This document shows, in pieces, positions 34,999-41,798 of a DNA stretch of 41,798 nucleotides (the stretch's first letter is position 1; every line of letters starts with the position of its first letter). The notes beneath the pieces are model-generated. The model was given only the letters and a program-made list of their open reading frames with translations, was not told the origin of the DNA and made no database searches. A program made the translations under genes and the position numbers. The DNA is taken from contig NMRA01000123.1 in NCBI GenBank assembly GCA_002633005.1, positions 228,621-270,418 on the forward strand, in the 5' to 3' direction. The stretch comes from Phoronis australis (Eukaryota > Animalia > Phoronida).

Positions 34999-35974
34999 TT
35001 TTATATTCAAAGACTGAATCCAGGCCGTTGCAAACAGTCTACTACTTCGAAGATTCACTACTCCGAGGGTTCAATATTGGGACAATTTCGGACTCAGGTG
35101 TAATCTCATATTTCTAAGTGCAAAAAAACACATCACGCGCGATTTTTAGTCGCAGTGGTGAACCTACCAAACCACTCGGGTTATTCGCCATTCGGGTTTC
35201 CTTTCCAGGCATATGGAAATTAGGCGTCAAAGCAAATCTTATGGATACGGGCAAATGAGTAAGTACTCGTATTTTTAAAAGAAATTGGAGTAGGAATATT
35301 AATGAATCAACCACCATGGTTTCATGAAATTCATTTCGCCACCGCAACGTTTCACAAAGCGCGACAGAAAAATTATTATCCACTGCGCCTCAGCTCACCC
35401 ACCGTGCAGATGGTAGGCGGAGTCAGCCGAAACTACACGAAGTAGGCTACCCTGTCCCGGCCAGTCTTCTCACAAAATAGACGTTCCGTAGTTCAACACA
35501 GATCCCCTTTGAGATTTCGACGGGTGACAAGTTGAACAAAGAACAATGACCTTTACTGTACTATGTACTCAACTTGAATGTATCCGACTCGGGTCAAAAA
35601 AATTGCCAACAGCGGGCATTAAACCCGTAGCTCAATTCAAAAACGAAGTTTTTCAGGTTATCTACCGTCAGGATATTGGTCTCAAATTGTGTCATAATCA
35701 AAATAGGTGCGTTTTCTAGGCTTGCAGAGAAATGGCATTTCATCGTTTCACAACGCCAGGCATTGACATTTACGAGCTTTGAAGAAACAGCGAGATATCG
35801 GTTCTTCCCAAGAAGAAGATAGGAAGGAGAAAGACCGATTTCACAACGGCAAGTGGTCTGAATCAAAACGTGTTTTTTGACAGAATGGACCGCTTTCAAA
35901 ACTGAGAATGGAACGATAACACTAAGCAATGCTCCAATTCCTATTCAACATTGTTCAATGAGCTCACTGCATTG

Positions 35975-35983
35975 CTATTTATA
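35975..35983 (-). promoter_or_regulatory. Candidate TATA box for the SBP3-like gene
   Basis: TATAAATAG on the minus strand about 1.5 kb upstream of the ATG exon, which itself begins with an acceptor. The first-exon donor was not pinned down. Confidence 0.25.
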
Positions 35984-36094
35984 ACCTGCCTTATATGAAA
36001 CCAGTATGTGTGTTTTATACCACAATATTAGCCTCGGATGACCGTGTAATAACCCATAAAGTTATCTGACTAGTGAGTTAACATTTTGGCGGGA

Positions 36095-36165
36095 AACCGA
36101 GGCCGGATTCGAACCCGGGCCTCAACAGTTGCGAGTAGCCGACTTTACCACTACACCACTCAGCG
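36095..36165 (-). mobile_element. tRNA-like SINE head / tRNA pseudogene
   Basis: GCTGAGTGGTGTAGTGGTAAAGTCGGCTACTCGCAACTGTTGAGGCCCGGGTTCGAATCCGGCCTCGG has A and B boxes but mispaired D, anticodon and T stems. A related fragment lies at about 39360-39405 (-). Confidence 0.55.
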
Positions 36166-36702
36166 GCTGACGTCATCGAACGTGAAAATAGAATACTTAA
36201 ATGAGCACGCGCAACAGTCGCATGTTCAGCAAAGGGCATTGCACGGAAAATTATACGCTATGAAAAATAAGACGCATAATTTCCATAAAAACGATATTGT
36301 AATTCAGTGAAAATTTTCTCTCGTGTTCTCTCACTTGTAAATCACCGATCTCCAATTTGAATGCAGGTGTCGTGTCGTCGGTATCCTTTGACTTGAGCAT
36401 TATAGTCAGTTACTAGGGGTAACCTACTTTAGCAGACGATATATTTCCGGTCGAAGCTTAGCGTGATAAAATGTGTAGTAAGCTATAACAGTTGCTAAAC
36501 CTTAATTTATAGATTCACCTTATTTCTATTTTGTTTTATTTTTCAATTGAGTAAAAGCATTAATTTACAAAAATATGTCGGCTTTTCTTAAAAGGTCACG
36601 ACCTCCGAACCCGGGTCTCTGACATAGAAAGTAGTTACAAAGCCGAGGCGAGTCGAGAAAGGTAGATCGATTCATTGCAATGTTTCTCGTTCAGTATGTG
36701 GT

Positions 36703-36876
36703 ATAAATAGATTATTACTTGTTCTCAGTCGTTATCCCCCTTATCTAGAGCCCTCGTGGATTTTGTAGAATTATCACCCTCGGGGCTAACGCCGCCCGGG
36801 CGATAATTCTCCAAAATCCACTCGGGCTCTAGATAACGGGGGATAACGACTTCGCCATGTAATAATCTATATTTAT
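36703..36876. repeat. ~175-bp palindromic (hairpin) MITE
   Basis: ATAGATTATTAC..AGTCGTTATCCCCCTTATCTAGAGCCC..GTGGATTTTG.AGAATTATC mirrored by GATAATTCT.CAAAATCCAC..GGGCTCTAGATAACGGGGGATAACGACT..GTAATAATCTAT. Confidence 0.85.
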
Positions 36877-37944
36877 GTAATAGTTCATGGAAAGTAATCA
36901 TATTACCGCTTTATTTTGGGACCATCGCAAACGAAAAAATGAAGCGACTGGTGCCCAGAACAATGTCTGACATTTTGCTCGAATTATCGTACCATCGTGA
37001 CTATCGTTTTCAACAAATTTAGAGAAGCTCACAACGCAATGGGTGAATACTGAAAGCTGCTGAAATTAGTTACTTTAGGGGCCACATGGACAGAAACGAC
37101 GTACGAGCAGCTTCCACTTGCTTTGAGCGGTGCCTGGTCCTAAATCTGTATTTGTGCACTCATGAATGTCATGTTTTCTGTCACTTCTTTTACTGTTCTT
37201 AGTTTATAATAAATATCTGAACACTGATTCCTTATTTCAATAAAAATAAACAGGCATCGAGTCTTTGGTGCGTTGCATGAAAAAGTTAATTATGGAATTT
37301 TAATAATATTGAGAGTTCTTCGTAAATTTTGCCCTCTGTGTGTATCAAATTTGACTCGGCAAAGAATACAAAATAATATTAGAAAGTTCGTCAATCGGCC
37401 TTTGCTCAAGTCCACAAATGCGGTGAAATTTAAGGAACACGTACGTAGTTTAAGTCCCTGTTTGGGACATGTACAAGTTGGCACACCATTGACCAAACAT
37501 AAATTCTTGATTGACCTGGGTATATGACAAAAGAATCGACGAACCGTGAGTCTGTGGTTTATTAAAATCCATACCGTGCATTTTTGCACTGCATTGTGTA
37601 TCCGACAAATCACACAATGTCGATTACGTTGTGCAAACGTGACGAACTTGTTTGGGCACCTTCACGTGTCACGAAAAAAGTGGGGGGGGGGGGGGCTNNN
37701 NNNNNNGCTAAAGCCCCTCCAGCTCCCTTGTGGTGCGCCGCCTATAGACCATGGGCGGCGCCACAATGAAAAAAGTGGGGGTATAGCCCCCCCAGCCCCT
37801 ATAGTGCGCCACCCATGCGTGTATGAACGTGGGTTGCAGACTTGCAAGACATTCACTCCCTTAGACAGGACCTACAAACCTGTGGTAACTCCACAGTGCC
37901 ATAGATCACGATTAAACAAACCATTTCAAACAATTATCTCAAGA

Positions 37945-38146
37945 GGAGACAGTGTGGCTCAATGGTTTGAGTTTCGGACACCCAGTTTGGAAGATCTGGG
38001 TTCGAATCCTGGGTTTCTTGGCAGACACTCGAGCATTGCACAAGTGTCTCCTACTCTTCCGAGCTCGGTCTTACTAGTGAGGGAATGAATGACCACCACT
38101 TCGGAATACACGACTTCGAGTGTGAAGCGTAAAAGAAAGAAAAAAA
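37945..38146 (+). mobile_element. tRNA-derived SINE
   Basis: A box TGGCTCAATGG (about 37955), B box GGTTCGAATCC (about 37999), ~130-nt body and A-rich tail; no intact cloverleaf. Confidence 0.65.
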
Positions 38147-39481
38147 TATAGTGACTTGTTTGTAATGGAGATTTAAAAAATACCCATTTTGTAGCCTTTC
38201 CCTTTTTGTATGGGATTTAAAGTCTAAATTATGTATTTAATACATATTTGTTGTATCACATACACAATTATCCCAAACCTTCTGTAGACTTCTGACGCAG
38301 GCATTAAAACTCCGTCTAATGTCTAGCTCATAAATTGAACATTGTAGAAAATTAATAGGAAAACGTTTGATTTCGCAAGGAATCGTGCAATGATAACTAC
38401 CCTTAGTAAGTTTCCCTGACGATAAAACTCTGCATCACATGGCAAGTGGTGATCCGAAGACAAATGCAACCGAAAACGGTGCCATTGGGTCGAGAAATTA
38501 GACGGAATGAAGTGACACAATTCAAGAGAAAATCTCTGTAAGCTGGAGAAACACTGAGCATAAATCATTACGGCAATTACCGAGAATTGAGAATCTTTAC
38601 TTCTCACTGTTTCGTTAAGCTGTTCAGTGCAGTTAGTAACACGGGAGAATAAAAGTTGTCACAACGGGGGGGAGGGGGGGGGGGNAAACCATTGTTGCAA
38701 AAGGAGACATAAGGCCCATTAACACTAATGTCGACTTGTCGATGTTTTAGAGAGTTTACGTCAGTATAAAAGGTTAATAACATAACCTCGGCCGTGCATC
38801 GCAATCAACAGCGTCAGTTAATTTCACTGTAAACACTGGTGCGGTGCGGTAATGAACGGTTCAACTTCAGTTGCTAATATTGTGTTCAAATAATGATCAG
38901 CCTAATTAGACATTATGTCATTTATCAACGTAAATAGGTTCAGATTGTCACATTAATGCCTAGCTAGCAGTTTGGTTGATAGAGTGGCCGACGCCAAAAA
39001 CCCGGAAACAGGAAATAACCTCTAGATAGCACAAAATACATCGTATCCAGCGGAAAACGGGCATATAGCGTCACCTCACCAATAGTTAGCTATTTACTAA
39101 ATTTTATGAAGACCTGTTGAGGACCTCCGAAGATACAAACGTAAACGTAAAAAAACTAAAATTGCCATTTGGAGGCACACCGGTAGGTCGATAAATCCAA
39201 AAAGTCGCCCATGCCGTCCCATCCACGAACGGAACACATCTAAAAAAATTTCATGACAATACATCGGTTTTGGAGACAGAACTCCAGACGCCGGACGGAA
39301 GGACACATATAATATGCGAGCGCATAATATGACATTAGAAGCGATATTATTGCACCATGACGGTTTCGAACCCACGACCTCAGCAGTTGCAATGCAACAC
39401 TTCTTAAACTAGTTGTAGTTTACCTAAAAGGCAATTCGGCAGTACCCAGTTATTACTTGGCAATTTTTTTTCGCCAGGTAT

Positions 39482-40336
39482 CAAGGTGTTCCATCGAAAC
39501 AGGAACACCGGTGTAAAACAGAAATCCCGAAGTCAAAAACAGACTCCTGCACCTTCAGAACAGCTAACCACCTCGAAAAAAAAACGAAGCCCGACCTTTA
39601 AAGCAAATTTTCTGAGATCGTTGTCAGTAGCCTCAAACTTTGAGATAAAGTATCTTCAAGTACTTTCCAGTTGTTTTCTGCATTTGTTTGTTAAGAATTA
39701 TCAATAACAAAACGTAACTTATATTATGTTGATTTTGTTAGTTGGTTTTTATCGGTAAAAGTCGTGCAACTGTGGGCGAATTTAAACAAAATCTATTTTC
39801 TCAACACGTTGTTATCTCGGTGAATATTTAGTTAATTTCAAGTTATTCGATAATTTCTCCAAAAATATTTTCAAAAATGAAAAACAAAAATATTATTTCG
39901 AATTTCGAGTGCCATTGTTGATTAATTTGTTGTGACATGTACGCATCCTCGTGGAAGATTAAAAAATTGGGGAAAAAAAACTGGCCAATAGGGTACGCAA
40001 TATTCCATGACGCCGAAAGCCGACGCAAAAGATCGCACCACAACTTTAGGAGCAGAATAACGTAGAACGCCAATCGGTCTTTAAGTTGTTTAAAATTCTC
40101 ATATCGTAAAAGAATGTATCACAACAACTATATTTAAAATAGGAAGATTCATTTTTCATAAAAAAACAGTTTGACAGAAAGTGCAGGAGTGAAGGTTCGG
40201 TCTATCCTGTCCGATCGCCGGAGTTTCTTTTTTAAAGGTTGGGATTGGTTTTTTCGGACTGGTTAAATGCGAGAGCCTGTTTTCAACTCCGGGATATCTG
40301 TGTTCATCAGGGTTCCTGTTTCGATGGCACACCCTG
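39482..40336. mobile_element. Non-autonomous Tc1/mariner-like DNA transposon
   Basis: ~25-bp TIRs CAAGGTGTTCCATCGAAACAGGAAC / GTTCCTGTTTCGATGGCACACCCTG; no coding capacity; TA TSD not cleanly preserved. Confidence 0.7.
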
Positions 40337-40349
40337 AGTTAGTTGCTCT

Positions 40350-40800
40350 GACACTATTTTTTGGTTTTGTTTGTTCGCACTCTAGAGGTCGCACTTTTCA
40401 TCCGATTCGCACGAAATTCACACACGACTTTTAGCTCCGGAATAGCTCGAACTCTGTTTTTTTCGTCATGATCAAATTCAATATGGCGGACGTGGCGGCC
40501 ATTTTGTTGTCGATTTCAGATCCAAATCTTCATAGAGGCTGCAATTTTTGACGTAAACGGCTGAAAGTCGGTACGATTATTATAACAGACGTGTACTACA
40601 GATTTATAAACTTCCGGTCCAAGATGGCGGAAACATTGACCATTAAGTTTAGGCACCTCAGTTTCAGGACGAAAAAGTTTTGTGCTGTAGATGGCGCATT
40701 GTAGAACCAATTGCTTCGAAATTTTTCAAGTCGTAGTTTCATGTGAGTAGGTATTATCAAGTGCTGCTTAACTGGAAGTTGTTTTCAAAATAGCGGATGT
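40350..40800. repeat. Probable Helitron/Helentron-like non-autonomous repeat
   Basis: GTTTGTTCGCACTCTAGAGG...TCCGATT...GAAATT start, with AATATGGCGG / GGCGGCCATTTTG / AAGATGGCGG motifs; recognised by pattern only. Confidence 0.35.
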
Positions 40801-41229
40801 GACTCATTTTCACTAATTTTCAATCGTGCTGGGGTGCCGTTTTGAACAGGAAGAGCGAATGACGTGAATTTTTGCACGTAGATTCTTTGAGATATACCCT
40901 TTCAAATGATTAGAAAGTTCATTTTTTCACAGACTTTCCGCTTTTGAGTTATTTTACTTTTAATTTCAAAAAATGCAAAATTTGATTTTTTTTTCGAAAA
41001 TTCTGTGGAATTTTATGACACTACTTTGTTAGACAGAATTTTAAGCGGGCTTCCAGAAGATGTTTTCCATTTTCAATAGGACGTCTCTTCTTTGAATTAT
41101 TCGAGATTTTCTGATGACGCTGTTCCTTTGTTGACTGATTTTGCTGCTCTTTTTTGGTAGACCTTCCGTCTATAGAACAAGACTAAATTTCTTACTCATT
41201 TCTGACATCTTAGTGCTTCTTATTGTTGT

Positions 41230-41798
41230 TATCATTTAAAACTTTCTAGGTGTGGTGTGCGCGACGCCGAACTCGACTGGTTCAGTAATTATTTAAGTAA
41301 TCGGAATCAAGTCACTAATGTGAGCGGGACGATATCACCACCACTTGACGTGACCTGTGGTGTCCCCCAAGGGTCGATACTGGGCCCATTGTCATTTTGT
41401 GTATACATAAATAAAGTACCCACGTCAGTGAAACAATGTAAAATGAGTTTGTATGCAGACGACACATCCCCCTTCTTTGCTGTCAAATCAATAGATGAAG
41501 TCCATGCCACCTTAGCAGGAGAAAGGAATGGTGTTTATGCTTGGCTTTTAGAGAACATAGTGATAAAATAAGGTTATTACTATTGGTAGCAGACAGAGGC
41601 TGGCTGTGATGTCTCCAAGCAACATTGCCATTACTATCAATGGCACCCAACTAGCAAGAACTGAGAAATATAAATATGATTGATAATAACTTATCGTAGG
41701 ACGAACATGTTGAGTATGTGTCCAAAAAAGTTTCTCAGCGGATTGGGCTTTTGTACAGAGTTAGGCGCTATGTCTATCAGGCTACTCTTCAGAGTCTG
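41230..41798 (+). mobile_element. CR1/L2-group LINE reverse transcriptase fragment (pseudogenised, runs off the window)
   Basis: WFSNYLSNRNQ...GVPQGSILGPL...YIN...LYADDT; after frameshifts LLIGSRQRL...EKYKY and DEHVEYVSKKVSQRIGLLYRVR. Confidence 0.92.

Noticed and set aside
36095-36165. Functional tRNA gene (apparent CGC anticodon)
   Set aside because: D, anticodon and T stems mispair, and a related decayed fragment at about 39360-39405 points to a SINE head.
37546-38088. 180-aa ORF
   Set aside because: Reads through an N gap, a G-run MITE and a SINE; no protein motif.

Overview
Eukaryotic (invertebrate animal-like) genomic DNA, AT-rich and repeat-rich, with a few N gaps. Most ORFs in the supplied track are spurious. 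I reconstructed two intron-containing genes by hand, both on the minus strand, with GT-AG junctions and consistent phases. (1) A CNBP-like CCHC zinc-knuckle gene: 4 coding exons, 16247->9668, 203 aa, with eight knuckles rather than the usual seven. (2) A 7-coding-exon gene, 34418->27858, 335 aa, encoding a predicted type II membrane protein whose ectodomain is a stand-alone, bacterial-type family-3 solute-binding domain (HisJ/ArgT/ArtJ-like) with extra cysteines and N-glycosylation sequons. Gene 2 is the most interesting feature. The rest is transposon debris: a Penelope-like GIY-YIG fragment between inverted repeats carrying a hammerhead-ribozyme-like motif, Kolobok-like THAP/KolX remnants, a tyrosine-recombinase relic, L2/CR1- and RTE-X-like LINE fragments, tRNA-derived SINE heads, MITEs, hairpins and a 6x34-bp minisatellite. 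All family assignments rest on motif recognition, not database searches.
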